A program made the position numbers and the translations under genes. Below the pieces are notes generated by a model that was given only the letters and a program-made list of their open reading frames with translations, searched no databases and was not told the origin of the DNA. This document shows positions 1 to 9,628 of a DNA stretch of 64,000 nt, in pieces (the stretch's first letter is position 1; each line of letters begins with the position of its first letter). Origin of the DNA: a virus; the IMG/VR virus record IMGVR_UViG_3300023179_000032, positions 57,983 through 121,982 of that record, one strand, 5' to 3'.

Positions 1-1747
1 ATTTTAATAAAGCCCCTATTTCTAAATGCTTTAAATTATTATTGATATTGTAACCAATCACACTATTGTTAGTATCTTTTAGAAATCCAGTTGATAAATT
101 ACTAGCTTGAGTTTTTTGTGTCCAAGTTATATTAAAATCGTTACCAATATACTTTCTAGCAAATTTAAGATAGTAATAATTTCTTATGCTAATTTCACTA
201 AGTGTAGGTAAAATTTTGTTTAGAACAATACCTTGAATGTCAACTTTATTTCTATAGCTAAATCTAAAACTATCTTCGTATTCTTCACGATAAAGTACAC
301 CATCATCGCTAAACAATATTGTGTTACTATACTTGCCTGTAGGATCAATTAGATCAAAGTATCTACTAATTCCGCTACTAGTCCTGTTAATAGTTTTAAT
401 TTTTAATACATCTTGATCTACACTTAAAGGACTAATATTATAATCCTCAGCAGTGATCATTCTATTTTGAGTATAGTATGTAGCTGGTGCTTTAACTTTA
501 ACTTCTTCATCACTCTCAGTTGCACTACTATTAGCTACGCTGGTTTGTAAGCTCATTGATATACTTAAAACTTCTAACTGTCCAGTATTACTTAGATAAG
601 AAAGATCAACACTAACATTACGCATATCTTTTGGATTAATTGTATATGTTAGTCCATTACTAGTTCTATAATATAGCCTAAATGATCCAAACGGGATAGT
701 AGCAAATACGCCATCACCAAATGCTAGACTAATACGATCATTAGTTCTTGTAATAACATTGTAGATGTTTTTTATATTCTTTTTAACACTATTGTATATA
801 ATATTGTTAGATTCTAAATTAGGAACTCTTTCCCAATACTCACTTTCTATACCGTTAGCATTTAGTTTATATAACCATACATCAGTATCATTAATATTTG
901 TGCTATCAATATCTACAATATCATTACTTACTGGTTGTGTAAGATTAAATGAACCAGTATTCAATGTTCCTTGTTTGAACATTGTAAAGAATCCACTATT
1001 AACACTGCCTGCGCCTCTACCATCATCTTTATATATGAATGATAATCTTCTTCCTGCAAGTGGCGGTTCTTCTGTTATTGATCCATCTTTAATTATTGTG
1101 CTTACAACTTCAAAATTCATATTACGACCATCTACTGCTTTGCTAAAACCGTATACTGGTACACTGGTTCCTAAAGTTTGTAGCCTATATTGCTCAGATG
1201 GAATACCTATTACTTGAGCAGAATTATTAGGACTGCCAAACTGTGCAGTAATTGGTAATGCTGCGTTGACTACTCTAATAAATTGATCGAGCCAGTTAGG
1301 GTTTGATGGGTCATTCCATATAATTTCTTGATTGCTTACGTTGCGTCCATTGCCATCAATTACATCTTCAGTAGTGCTTATACTTTCCCATTTCAATAAT
1401 CCTGTAGCTGTCTTATTCCTTTTAGCATTATAGCTCAGTGTTCTTGATAGTCTTAATATACTTTCTCTACGTTCTGCTAGTTCTAAAAAATTTTCTCTAG
1501 CGTTTAAATCCACTCTAAAAGCAAAACTTTGCCCTAAAAAAGCCATCATATCAATCAAGGCTAGATATTCACTGCTTTCAATATAATCATTAAAATCTTC
1601 TGGATAGTTTTCACGTATATAATTAATCATCACTCTACGCAGATTTTCAAAGTCATAGCTGGTAAAATCAGCGTTTTTATAGCTTTGATAAATTCTTTTC
1701 CAGTCTTCGGCTATGAGTAATCTGTTTTGTCTATCGGTGGCTGACAT
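1..1747 (-). CDS. gp6: Baseplate wedge protein, T4 gp6-like (partial; continues beyond the left edge)
   Basis: Missing from the ORF track because it runs off the window. Manual translation from the ATG at 1747 gives MSATDRQNRLLIAEDWKRIYQSYKNADFTSYDFENLRRVMINYIRENYPEDFNDYIESSEYLALIDMMAFLGQSFAFRVDLNARENFLELAERRESILRL, a gp6-type N-terminus; adjacent to gp25. Confidence 0.85.
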   Translation of the reverse strand, partial: MSATDRQNRLLIAEDWKRIYQSYKNADFTSYDFENLRRVMINYIRENYPEDFNDYIESSEYLALIDMMAFLGQSFAFRVDLNARENFLELAERRESILRLSRTLSYNAKRNKTATGLLKWESISTTEDVIDGNGRNVSNQEIIWNDPSNPNWLDQFIRVVNAALPITAQFGSPNNSAQVIGIPSEQYRLQTLGTSVPVYGFSKAVDGRNMNFEVVSTIIKDGSITEEPPLAGRRLSFIYKDDGRGAGSVNSGFFTMFKQGTLNTGSFNLTQPVSNDIVDIDSTNINDTDVWLYKLNANGIESEYWERVPNLESNNIIYNSVKKNIKNIYNVITRTNDRISLAFGDGVFATIPFGSFRLYYRTSNGLTYTINPKDMRNVSVDLSYLSNTGQLEVLSISMSLQTSVANSSATESDEEVKVKAPATYYTQNRMITAEDYNISPLSVDQDVLKIKTINRTSSGISRYFDLIDPTGKYSNTILFSDDGVLYREEYEDSFRFSYRNKVDIQGIVLNKILPTLSEISIRNYYYLKFARKYIGNDFNITWTQKTQASNLSTGFLKDTNNSVIGYNINNNLKHLEIGALLK

Positions 1748-1765
1748 TAAACTATCCTTATTTGA

Positions 1766-1771
1766 TATTTA
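1766..1771 (-). promoter_or_regulatory. Putative late promoter (TAAATA) upstream of gp6
   Basis: TATTTA on + (TAAATA on -), 18 nt upstream of the gp6 ATG; the same motif precedes most structural genes here. Confidence 0.6.
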
Positions 1772-1792
1772 TTACGACCATTATCTACTAGT

Positions 1793-2233
1793 TTAACCCA
1801 CTAGCCCCAAGCTTTGATCGAACCTAAATTGTAACTTTTCACTAACATTATAGGGCAGATAGGTTAATTCACATTCGATTTGTATGCCAGTTTCATAAGC
1901 AGTGACAATGACATTATCTGCTGAAATTCTAGGATCATAATTTATAATTGCTGTAACATTCTCTAATACTAGTCTTTTAACATCATCAGTAAGAGGTTCA
2001 AAAATCAAGTCCCAAATTACAGTGCCAAATGTAGGATCGCTGAGTTTTTCACCTTGTCTAATATGAAAATGATTTAACAAATCCTGTTTGATAAGACTAA
2101 GATCATATATAGTAAAATTTTCACTATCTGGACTTACTGTGCTAAATCCTCTATAGGTACGTGGAAGAGGTGGTTGTTCAGACTGATATTTTCCCTTGAC
2201 TATAATATTATCGTATAATCGTTGTATGCTCAT
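1793..2233 (-). CDS. gp25: Baseplate wedge subunit, gp25-like
   Basis: LIKQDLLNHFHIRQGEKLSDPTFGTVIWDLIFEPL...IINYDPRI matches the gp25 family pattern; baseplate context. Confidence 0.85.
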   Translation of the reverse strand: MSIQRLYDNIIVKGKYQSEQPPLPRTYRGFSTVSPDSENFTIYDLSLIKQDLLNHFHIRQGEKLSDPTFGTVIWDLIFEPLTDDVKRLVLENVTAIINYDPRISADNVIVTAYETGIQIECELTYLPYNVSEKLQFRFDQSLGLVG

Positions 2234-3870
2234 TTTTTCACCTTACTAAAAGTGTCATATTTTGTAGTATATTTCTTAAAATATTCAGGAGTCAATAAGA
2301 AATCACTATTATCTTCATACCGTCCATCTACATCCCTATCTGTTTTATCTGGTTTAAATTCAGTGGGATCCAAGTTTTCATGGTGTGGCCAAGGTTCTTT
2401 AATGGGTAAACGTCGCAATATACTTTCTACTAATTTTTGACCTTCTTGGTCTGGTAAACTATAAGTTTTTAATTTTTGTGGCTTTTCTGCTTCTTGAGCG
2501 TTAGCTGCGGTGGCCGCCCTTGGCCCGTTCATATGAATCTGTGGTGCTGTTTCTATAATATTTCCTCCAGCTTGTGTTTCATTACTGCCACCACTAGTCA
2601 TATAGATATGACCATTAACTAATGTATCATAGTCACCACCAGTATATTGTTTATAATTTGAAGAATGCATAACATCAACATTACCCATTACTCTTTGTAA
2701 TAATTCCTGTTCAATAGTTTCATGTTTTTTCATTTTAATTTGTATTTTTTGATTTTTGTCAATCATCAAGATATGATCTTCTAAAACATGAGTATGCATT
2801 TCTTTGGCTACTTTGATGTTAAAATTACGCCCTGCCTCCATATTAATATCACGATCAGCATAAAAATTAAGATCATTTTTAGTATGAACACTGATACTAT
2901 CAGCAGCATATATGTCCATCTTACCATCACTAGTAAGTTCTATCCAAGCAGTTCCTCTAGCATTACCTATATAGATTAAATCTTCTGTGTTATGCAATAA
3001 TATTTGATGTCCAGTACGGGTACGTATGCGTACCAATTCATTGTGTAGTAATGTACGATCACCGTTTACTTCTCCATCTTCTACAGCAGCATATTCTGGA
3101 GGACCTTCACTAGCATTTTTAGTACGTAAAAACTTGTCATCACCATCATCCATAACAAAACTAGTACCACCTAGTCTACTGAATGGCATATTGTTTATTT
3201 CGTATTCTTTTTTACCATATTTGTGCATGGGTCCATCTTTATCTACTGGTCCTGGGGTACTGATACCAAATACAGCACTGGGCCATTCTCTACGTGCGCT
3301 GCTGGTTGTTATGCCTCTAATATCATCAAGTAATAATCCTTGCTCTTTATAAACTGTTGTAAATGGATGTTGTGGTTTTTCAATTCTTGTTGTATCTTTT
3401 TTAATTTGCAAGTCTGCTTTTTTATTATATTCAGCAACAGGTACACGTTCCTCTTCCCCATCAGCATGAAAACTAGTAGCAGCATAACCAGGAATCATAA
3501 AATTCATATCTTTTTCCTGTATACAGCCTAAATAATAGCCTCTTGATGGATCACCCTCTACAAACATACATACTACAACGGTACCAATATCTGGTGGCAC
3601 CATCCACATGCCATAACTTTTTTGAGTTCCATCGTAGACGTTTTCTTTACTATTGGACTCACCGTTAGTAATACCTAAAAAAGGACTTATGTATTTTACA
3701 CTGGCTAATTGACCAGTTCTTTTAGCATCGTTACCTACCTGTCTTAATTTTTCAACCTGTAGTGAACCCATATAGTCAGGATCTAAATGACTAACAACAA
3801 TAGCTAGAACAAGTCCAGTTTCCTTACTAGATGAATCTTCATCTAAGGATTTCCTTTTCATCTCAGGCAT
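2230..3870 (-). CDS. gp5: Baseplate central spike, gp5/VgrG-like (OB fold plus beta-helix; no lysozyme domain recognised)
   Basis: N-terminal DPDYMGSLQV...YGMWMVPPDIGTVVVCMFVEGDPSRGYY, then RIRTRTGHQILLH...WIELTSDGKMDIY and beta-repeats ending IHMNG. Confidence 0.75.
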   Translation of the reverse strand: MPEMKRKSLDEDSSSKETGLVLAIVVSHLDPDYMGSLQVEKLRQVGNDAKRTGQLASVKYISPFLGITNGESNSKENVYDGTQKSYGMWMVPPDIGTVVVCMFVEGDPSRGYYLGCIQEKDMNFMIPGYAATSFHADGEEERVPVAEYNKKADLQIKKDTTRIEKPQHPFTTVYKEQGLLLDDIRGITTSSARREWPSAVFGISTPGPVDKDGPMHKYGKKEYEINNMPFSRLGGTSFVMDDGDDKFLRTKNASEGPPEYAAVEDGEVNGDRTLLHNELVRIRTRTGHQILLHNTEDLIYIGNARGTAWIELTSDGKMDIYAADSISVHTKNDLNFYADRDINMEAGRNFNIKVAKEMHTHVLEDHILMIDKNQKIQIKMKKHETIEQELLQRVMGNVDVMHSSNYKQYTGGDYDTLVNGHIYMTSGGSNETQAGGNIIETAPQIHMNGPRAATAANAQEAEKPQKLKTYSLPDQEGQKLVESILRRLPIKEPWPHHENLDPTEFKPDKTDRDVDGRYEDNSDFLLTPEYFKKYTTKYDTFSKVKK

Positions 3871-6401
3871 TACTGAAATCCTCCTTCTGAATCCACTATT
3901 AATCTTTCTTCATCTGATTCTGGTGGGGCTTGGAATGTCTGTCCTGTATAACCTTCATTTTGACTTTCCATTTCATTACTGCCACCTAGACCTGATTCTG
4001 CTTGATCCTGATTTGGTATTCTTGATAATTCTAATGTTTGTGCAAATAATCCTCGGTCAAAAGTGCTTTCTAACATATTGACCTTGTATAGCCCGCTTAT
4101 TATGGGTACAGCTTTTGGTCCAGGAAAATCATACATATGTCCGTTAATATCAACAGGATTTCTAAAATTTATATTAATATAAACCATGCTACGTTCATAG
4201 TTTATTGCACCATCTTTATTGATATCATCATTAGTAGTACCTTGAGCTGTGTAATTACCAAAACCACTATCACCTAAATAGAATGGATCACCTAGAATTT
4301 TCATTGTTACAGTGATCATATCCCCACCTTGATTAATAGCATTTTGAAATTGATGCACAATAATAGTACCAGCATCTTGTGGCATTATACCACCACCAGT
4401 TTTTTTATATTCTGTTTCACTTGGTCTTACTAATAACTTAGTAGCTGAACTACCAATTTGTACATCACCATGTTTACCCTGTTTATATTCTTCTGTAGCA
4501 TCATATAGAGTACCATCTTCTCTGCGTCTAAAATTAGTAACCTTACCACCTTCTACATGAGCTGAGGTAGTGGGTGTTGCTGTAGTGGCATTTCTATCAC
4601 GTTGTTTAGCATCTTGATTATTAGTTCCTGCATCTGATACTGTGGCTGTATAAAATGTTGCAGCGAATTTTATTTGAAAGTCTAAAATTTCTGTGTTTTT
4701 TCCAGTGTAAAAATAGTTATATTCTTTCAGTGCTTGTTCTTTTTCTAATTTAATATCTAAAGGCTTAGCTCCTGATGGCATAAAAAGAGCTCTACTTACT
4801 CTAAAAGGTACTATTCTAAACACTGTAACTGTGGGCATTCTACCAGTAGTATTCATATTAGCATTAGTATCCAAGAGATAGTACTGGCTGCTAATTTTAT
4901 ACCAATCTATTTTATCACCTTGTATATTTTCTGGCTGTAGAGCAGATATTCCATAATAACTACTGCTGATAACTTCATTAATGATAGTGCTAATCTGTGT
5001 ACCTTGTTTAAAGTGTGCCTGACCTTTGTCACTTTCTATTTTTAATTGGCCACGTGTGAAAACTTTTTTATCTTTATCCCATGTAATATTATCTTTACCA
5101 AATATAGCCTCTACTTTTCTTCTATCTGTAAATCCTAAACTGGCCTTGCCTATTGGATTCACTCCACTTTTTTGTACATAATTTCCAGTATCTCCGGCTA
5201 ATTCTAATCCTAATTTTTTAAAAACATTGCCTTGTCTTTCACCTGGGCTTATAGTGGCTCCAGTAGGACTACTAGTATCATCAGTTGAATTAGACTCTTT
5301 AATAGTACTAGTATCAGTAGGAAATAAAATAATAACTTTATCTGGTATAGGTATTTTGTTTTTTAAGGCCTGTTCTAGTAATAAATCATTTATTGTTCTT
5401 TGCAAACTATGTACACCAGTCTGTAACATTTCTTGAACAGTGCTTCCCTGTATGTTCATGTCAGTTTTGATGGAACTAATTTCTTCACTGTATGCTTCAT
5501 CATTCCATGCTACTGCTGAACAATCATATTGACTACCTCTATCAGTAACTTTTAATTCAATATTAGTAATTTTTATAGGAAAATGTCTAACATTTATTAC
5601 CTTGTCTTGAAATTGCATGTCTGGGCCATAGTGACCCTTAAATTCTAATGTCAACAAAACAGGCATAACTACCCAGTTTTCATATCCTTCTAGGGCAGCT
5701 GCCATTTGTAAACTTTGAAAAAATAATCCTATGCTATATGGTTCAAACACTGAAAATGTCATTGTGGTCGAATTAGTATTCTTAGTCATCTCATCTAAGC
5801 CAATCACGCCTGCAATTTTTACATTATCAATAAAAAAATCAAATTTACCATCTGGATTATAATCTGGTGGATTTTTATCCACATCCCCTAGTCCAGGACT
5901 AGCATAAGCAGGCAATGACACTCTATTTTCTGGATCTGCACTACCACTCTTAAAAATAATACGACCTAATTGACCTTTTTTATAACTTTCATCAGGAAAA
6001 TTTATAGCAAACGGTGACAGTACACTTAAGGTCCAGTTATAATTTACACTAGCATAATTAGATAAAATATTACGCAAGGGTAATTCTTTAATATCAAACT
6101 CTACTTGATTTTCTTCAGCTTCTGTTAAATTAGTTTTGGTTAGTGGTGATTTTATGTTTCCGCCTATTTTTCCTGAATTTAAATCATTTACTAACTGTCC
6201 TGCCACATTATTTAAAACTTGGCTGGGATCAATATTAAGACCACCCTTGAGTTTTTCTAATTGATTGCTTAGTCCTGCGCCTACATTTTGGGCTGCATTT
6301 TTAAGTCCTTCAAGACCAAAATCTTTTTTAACTAATTTTGATGCTGCCGATACTGCTGCTGTTGCTATAGTTGCTTTAACAACATTTTTCAATATGGTCA
6401 T
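3870..6401 (-). CDS. Baseplate hub-like protein (gp27/VgrG hub position)
   Basis: 843 aa between gp5-like and gp53-like genes; C-terminal TMKILGDPFY and GLYKVNMLESTFDRGLFAQTLEL resemble hub/late-control-D proteins. Confidence 0.5.
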   Translation of the reverse strand: MTILKNVVKATIATAAVSAASKLVKKDFGLEGLKNAAQNVGAGLSNQLEKLKGGLNIDPSQVLNNVAGQLVNDLNSGKIGGNIKSPLTKTNLTEAEENQVEFDIKELPLRNILSNYASVNYNWTLSVLSPFAINFPDESYKKGQLGRIIFKSGSADPENRVSLPAYASPGLGDVDKNPPDYNPDGKFDFFIDNVKIAGVIGLDEMTKNTNSTTMTFSVFEPYSIGLFFQSLQMAAALEGYENWVVMPVLLTLEFKGHYGPDMQFQDKVINVRHFPIKITNIELKVTDRGSQYDCSAVAWNDEAYSEEISSIKTDMNIQGSTVQEMLQTGVHSLQRTINDLLLEQALKNKIPIPDKVIILFPTDTSTIKESNSTDDTSSPTGATISPGERQGNVFKKLGLELAGDTGNYVQKSGVNPIGKASLGFTDRRKVEAIFGKDNITWDKDKKVFTRGQLKIESDKGQAHFKQGTQISTIINEVISSSYYGISALQPENIQGDKIDWYKISSQYYLLDTNANMNTTGRMPTVTVFRIVPFRVSRALFMPSGAKPLDIKLEKEQALKEYNYFYTGKNTEILDFQIKFAATFYTATVSDAGTNNQDAKQRDRNATTATPTTSAHVEGGKVTNFRRREDGTLYDATEEYKQGKHGDVQIGSSATKLLVRPSETEYKKTGGGIMPQDAGTIIVHQFQNAINQGGDMITVTMKILGDPFYLGDSGFGNYTAQGTTNDDINKDGAINYERSMVYININFRNPVDINGHMYDFPGPKAVPIISGLYKVNMLESTFDRGLFAQTLELSRIPNQDQAESGLGGSNEMESQNEGYTGQTFQAPPESDEERLIVDSEGGFQ

Positions 6402-6704
6402 TTAAGCTCCTAAAACTCTAAACAATGTAGTTTTCTTGGGTAGATATATTTGTAAACCAGGAACAAAATCAAATATAGGATCCTGTAATACATCCAAATT
6501 TCTTTGTATGAATACCCACCAAAGATGTGGTGTCCCATATATGTCATAGGCCAAAAGATCTGGGCGTAGAGCATATTGAGCTTCTATAGTATAAAGAAAA
6601 TCATCCTTTTCTGCACTAACAGGTCTGATGCTTAGTACATCTAGATAATTCCTAGTAATTTTGGTATTTACATAGGGGCTTGTTGGACTGTATTTTGCTG
6701 GCAT
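6402..6704 (-). CDS. gp53: Baseplate wedge protein, gp53-like (LysM-like fold)
   Basis: YALRPDLLAYDIYGTPHLWWVFIQRN...DPIFDFVPGLQIYLP is the gp53-type motif. Confidence 0.75.
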   Translation of the reverse strand: MPAKYSPTSPYVNTKITRNYLDVLSIRPVSAEKDDFLYTIEAQYALRPDLLAYDIYGTPHLWWVFIQRNLDVLQDPIFDFVPGLQIYLPKKTTLFRVLGA

Positions 6705-7726
6705 TAGATGAACCCATCCTTCACATAACCACCGCTAAGGAACGTATTTAAGTTGAAAACACGCACTCTATTCCTACTATAGATAGGTAATAAGCTAATA
6801 TTGAGAGTACTTTGAGTGGGAACATGACTGTCATCATTGCCACTTTTTGAACTGATTGATCCATTATTTTGCGGTTTACTTTGGCTAACACCGTTAAACA
6901 TTTTACTGACATTACTTACAGTCCTTAACACATTTGATGCCTGTGTTAGTCCAGCTGCACTGGTCACATTGGCTAGTTTTTGTGCCATGCCACCTATGCT
7001 GCTGGTATTATCTTGAGCGAATCCACCCTCTGCTGTTCCAGGTGGATTTGTCATATTGGTTGTAATATAGTCAACTTCCTTAGGCAATGTCATACTAAAA
7101 CTCTTTACTACTACTGGTACATCTCTAAAAACATAATCACCGTAGGCATTAAAATATAAAATTATAGGCGGATTGCCAGCTGTGTTATCATCTCCGGTAA
7201 ACATTTTGGTCACTCCGCGTAAAAAATGCACACAGCTTAACCAGTATTGTGCTTGAACAGCATCCTCTACATAAAAATCTCCAGAAATTGAAATTTCACT
7301 TACTCTACTATTGACATAACTGATAAAAGTAAAATTATTATGAGTCACAGGAGTTTCGGTATAATTTGCCTGACTACTAATACTGATTGTTGGGGTGTAA
7401 GGAAAAACTAAACCTCCAGCTTTCTTCAATGGGGTAAATAAAGGACTACTAACAAATGGCATAACATTAGGGAAACTTAGTCGAACACGCCAATCAGCAG
7501 GATCATCACCAGATCCACTTTGTGCCGTAGCAGCCTCTTTAGGAGCAAAATTGTCAGCATTTAAGGGAATATTTTTACTTCTTAGACTACTGGCGAAATT
7601 GGACAATGAACCCAAAGCACCCACTGCACCCACTGCACCCCCTAGATTTTTGTTTAAAATACCAGTAGCTGCCCCTATAGCAGCAGTGGTAGCAGCAGCT
7701 TTTAAAGCACTATTTAGAAAACTCAT
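6704..7726 (-). CDS. Tail-tube-fold baseplate protein (gp48/gp54-like tube initiator)
   Basis: GLVFPYTPTISIS...ISISGDF...GNPPIILYFNAYGDYVFRDVPVVVKSFSMTLP resembles tube-fold proteins; first gene of the baseplate operon. Confidence 0.55.
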   Translation of the reverse strand: MSFLNSALKAAATTAAIGAATGILNKNLGGAVGAVGALGSLSNFASSLRSKNIPLNADNFAPKEAATAQSGSGDDPADWRVRLSFPNVMPFVSSPLFTPLKKAGGLVFPYTPTISISSQANYTETPVTHNNFTFISYVNSRVSEISISGDFYVEDAVQAQYWLSCVHFLRGVTKMFTGDDNTAGNPPIILYFNAYGDYVFRDVPVVVKSFSMTLPKEVDYITTNMTNPPGTAEGGFAQDNTSSIGGMAQKLANVTSAAGLTQASNVLRTVSNVSKMFNGVSQSKPQNNGSISSKSGNDDSHVPTQSTLNISLLPIYSRNRVRVFNLNTFLSGGYVKDGFI

Positions 7727-7744
7727 ATTTGTCCCCTTGGCAAA

Positions 7745-7750
7745 TATTTA
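7745..7750 (-). promoter_or_regulatory. Putative late promoter for the baseplate operon
   Basis: TAAATA on the - strand, 18 nt upstream of the ATG at 7726. Confidence 0.6.
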
Positions 7751-7751
7751 T

Positions 7752-7780
7752 TTGACTTTTAAAAGTGCGTAGTTTATAAT
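7752..7780 (+). promoter_or_regulatory. Sigma70-type promoter for the gp55-gp47-gp46 operon
   Basis: TTGACT (7752-7757), 17-nt spacer, TATAAT (7775-7780); AGGAG ribosome-binding site at 7787-7791; ATG at 7800. Confidence 0.8.
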
Positions 7781-7799
7781 AACTATAGGAGAGTACTAT

Positions 7800-8621
7800 A
7801 TGTCAGTAAATTATCTTAATAATAAAGATTTATTAGAAGAAATACACAAGAGTAAAAATACATATTCGAGTTTTACACGCCCTGAATATAATCAATATGA
7901 CTTGATTCTAACCAGTTTAGAGCGTATTAATATACGAACAATAGCAGAAGCTAAAAGAAATCGCGCTAAAAGATTGGGAGATGAGGAATATCATCGGAGA
8001 AGACAGGCAGGTGAAAAAATCAAACAAAGTGAATGTGAAGTTGATTATAAAAAAATGGCCAAGACTGATCTAATATTTAGAATAATGACTTATGAACATA
8101 TCCCAGTGAATAAAACACGTAAGAAAAGTCAAAAAACTGAAGCAGATGGACACGATCGAGTAAATTTTCCACCTTTCCAACATTGGAAGTTTGATGAAAA
8201 TGACGAACTCATATGCGTAGGGAAAAGTCATTGGCGAGGTGGTATAAAAAGTGGCAAGTTCAGTAAGGATCATGGACAAATAACCAACACATTGGCCCGT
8301 ATGTATATCAAACTATGCGAACGTTATGCTACCCGTGGTAATGTGCGCGGCTATACCTATAACGATGAAATGCGAGCACAGGCCATACTACAACTCACAC
8401 AGGTTGGACTACAATTTAATGAAGCTAAATCGAATAATCCATTTGCTTATTTTACTGCTGCTGTTACTAATAGTTTTGTACGGATAATCAATATTGAAAA
8501 ACGTAATCAAAATATTAGGGATGATATACTAGAAATGAATGATATGGCCCCAAGTTATACTAGAACTAGCAATGCTGAACACGCTGCTAGCCTACGTAGA
8601 TTTGAAAGAGAAGAGGAATGA
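7800..8621 (+). CDS. gp55: Late-transcription sigma factor, gp55-like
   Basis: NYLNNKDLL, ITNTLARMYIKLCERYA, YTYNDEMRAQAILQL and FNEAKSNNPFAYFTAAVTNSFVRIINIEKRNQ motifs; upstream of gp47/gp46 as in T4-like phages. Confidence 0.85.
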   Translation: MSVNYLNNKDLLEEIHKSKNTYSSFTRPEYNQYDLILTSLERINIRTIAEAKRNRAKRLGDEEYHRRRQAGEKIKQSECEVDYKKMAKTDLIFRIMTYEHIPVNKTRKKSQKTEADGHDRVNFPPFQHWKFDENDELICVGKSHWRGGIKSGKFSKDHGQITNTLARMYIKLCERYATRGNVRGYTYNDEMRAQAILQLTQVGLQFNEAKSNNPFAYFTAAVTNSFVRIINIEKRNQNIRDDILEMNDMAPSYTRTSNAEHAASLRRFEREEE

Positions 8622-9628
8622 GTTTATTTAAAAAGGCAGCATTTTTTACAGACATACACTTTGGCTTAAAAAGCAATAGCCAAACACACAATCAAGACTG
8701 TGAAGATTTTGTAGATTGGTTTATTGCCACTGCTAAAAAGAATAGATGTGATACTGGATTCTTTTTAGGTGATTGGCATCATAATCGAAACAGTCTTAAT
8801 ATTGTTACTATGGATTATAGTCTTAGGGCTTTGGAAAAACTGGGCAAGGCATTTGACCAGTTCTTTTTCTTTCCTGGTAATCATGATCTTTATTATAAAG
8901 ATAAACGAGATATCCATAGTGTAGAGTTTGGCAAATATATACCAGGGATCACAATAGTGCATCAGCCTATGACCTTAGGCGAAGTTACTATGTGTCCTTG
9001 GCTTGTAGGTGAAGAGTGGAAAACTGTGGGCAAGAAAGATGCCCGTTATATATTTGGTCATTTTGAACTGCCCAGTTTTTATATGAATGCCATGGTACAG
9101 ATGCCTGATCACGGTGAAATACAACTTGATCAGTTTAAACGGTATGAACTTGGCCTAAGTGGACATTTTCATAAACGCCAAAATAAACAGAATATGCACT
9201 ATATTGGTAATGCTTTTCCGCATAACTACGCAGATGCTTGGGATGATGACAGAGGCATGATGATCTTAGAGTGGGGCAGTGAGCCAGAATATCACGCTTG
9301 GCCTGACCAACCTACATTCAGAACTGTCAAATTGACTCAACTTATAGATGAACAAGATGCTATAATAAAACCTAAACAATATCTTAGAGTATTATTAGAC
9401 GTGGATATCAGTTATGAAGAAAGCGGACACATTAAGGAAGAATTTTTTAACAAATATGAGATTAGGGAGTTAACTTTGATTCCAGAAAAACGTGAAGTTG
9501 AATTTGCTAGTGATTTGGAAATTAAACAATTTGAAAGTGTAGATCAAATTGTTATGAATCAATTGACCAGTGTGGAAAGTGATACCTACAATGTTAAACT
9601 ATTAATGGACATTTATAACAATTTATGA
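8618..9628 (+). CDS. gp47: Recombination endonuclease subunit, gp47 (Mre11/SbcD-like)
   Basis: Metallophosphoesterase motifs FTDIHFG, GDWHH, GNHD, GHFE, SGHFH. Confidence 0.92.
   Translation: MSLFKKAAFFTDIHFGLKSNSQTHNQDCEDFVDWFIATAKKNRCDTGFFLGDWHHNRNSLNIVTMDYSLRALEKLGKAFDQFFFFPGNHDLYYKDKRDIHSVEFGKYIPGITIVHQPMTLGEVTMCPWLVGEEWKTVGKKDARYIFGHFELPSFYMNAMVQMPDHGEIQLDQFKRYELGLSGHFHKRQNKQNMHYIGNAFPHNYADAWDDDRGMMILEWGSEPEYHAWPDQPTFRTVKLTQLIDEQDAIIKPKQYLRVLLDVDISYEESGHIKEEFFNKYEIRELTLIPEKREVEFASDLEIKQFESVDQIVMNQLTSVESDTYNVKLLMDIYNNL

Noticed and set aside
765-1217. 150-aa + strand ORF in the track
   Set aside because: Antisense shadow of the gp6-like gene, which is the real coding frame (minus strand, off the window edge).
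2222-7772. Short + strand ORFs opposite the baseplate operon
   Set aside because: Fully antisense to recognisable genes; no ribosome-binding sites or motifs.
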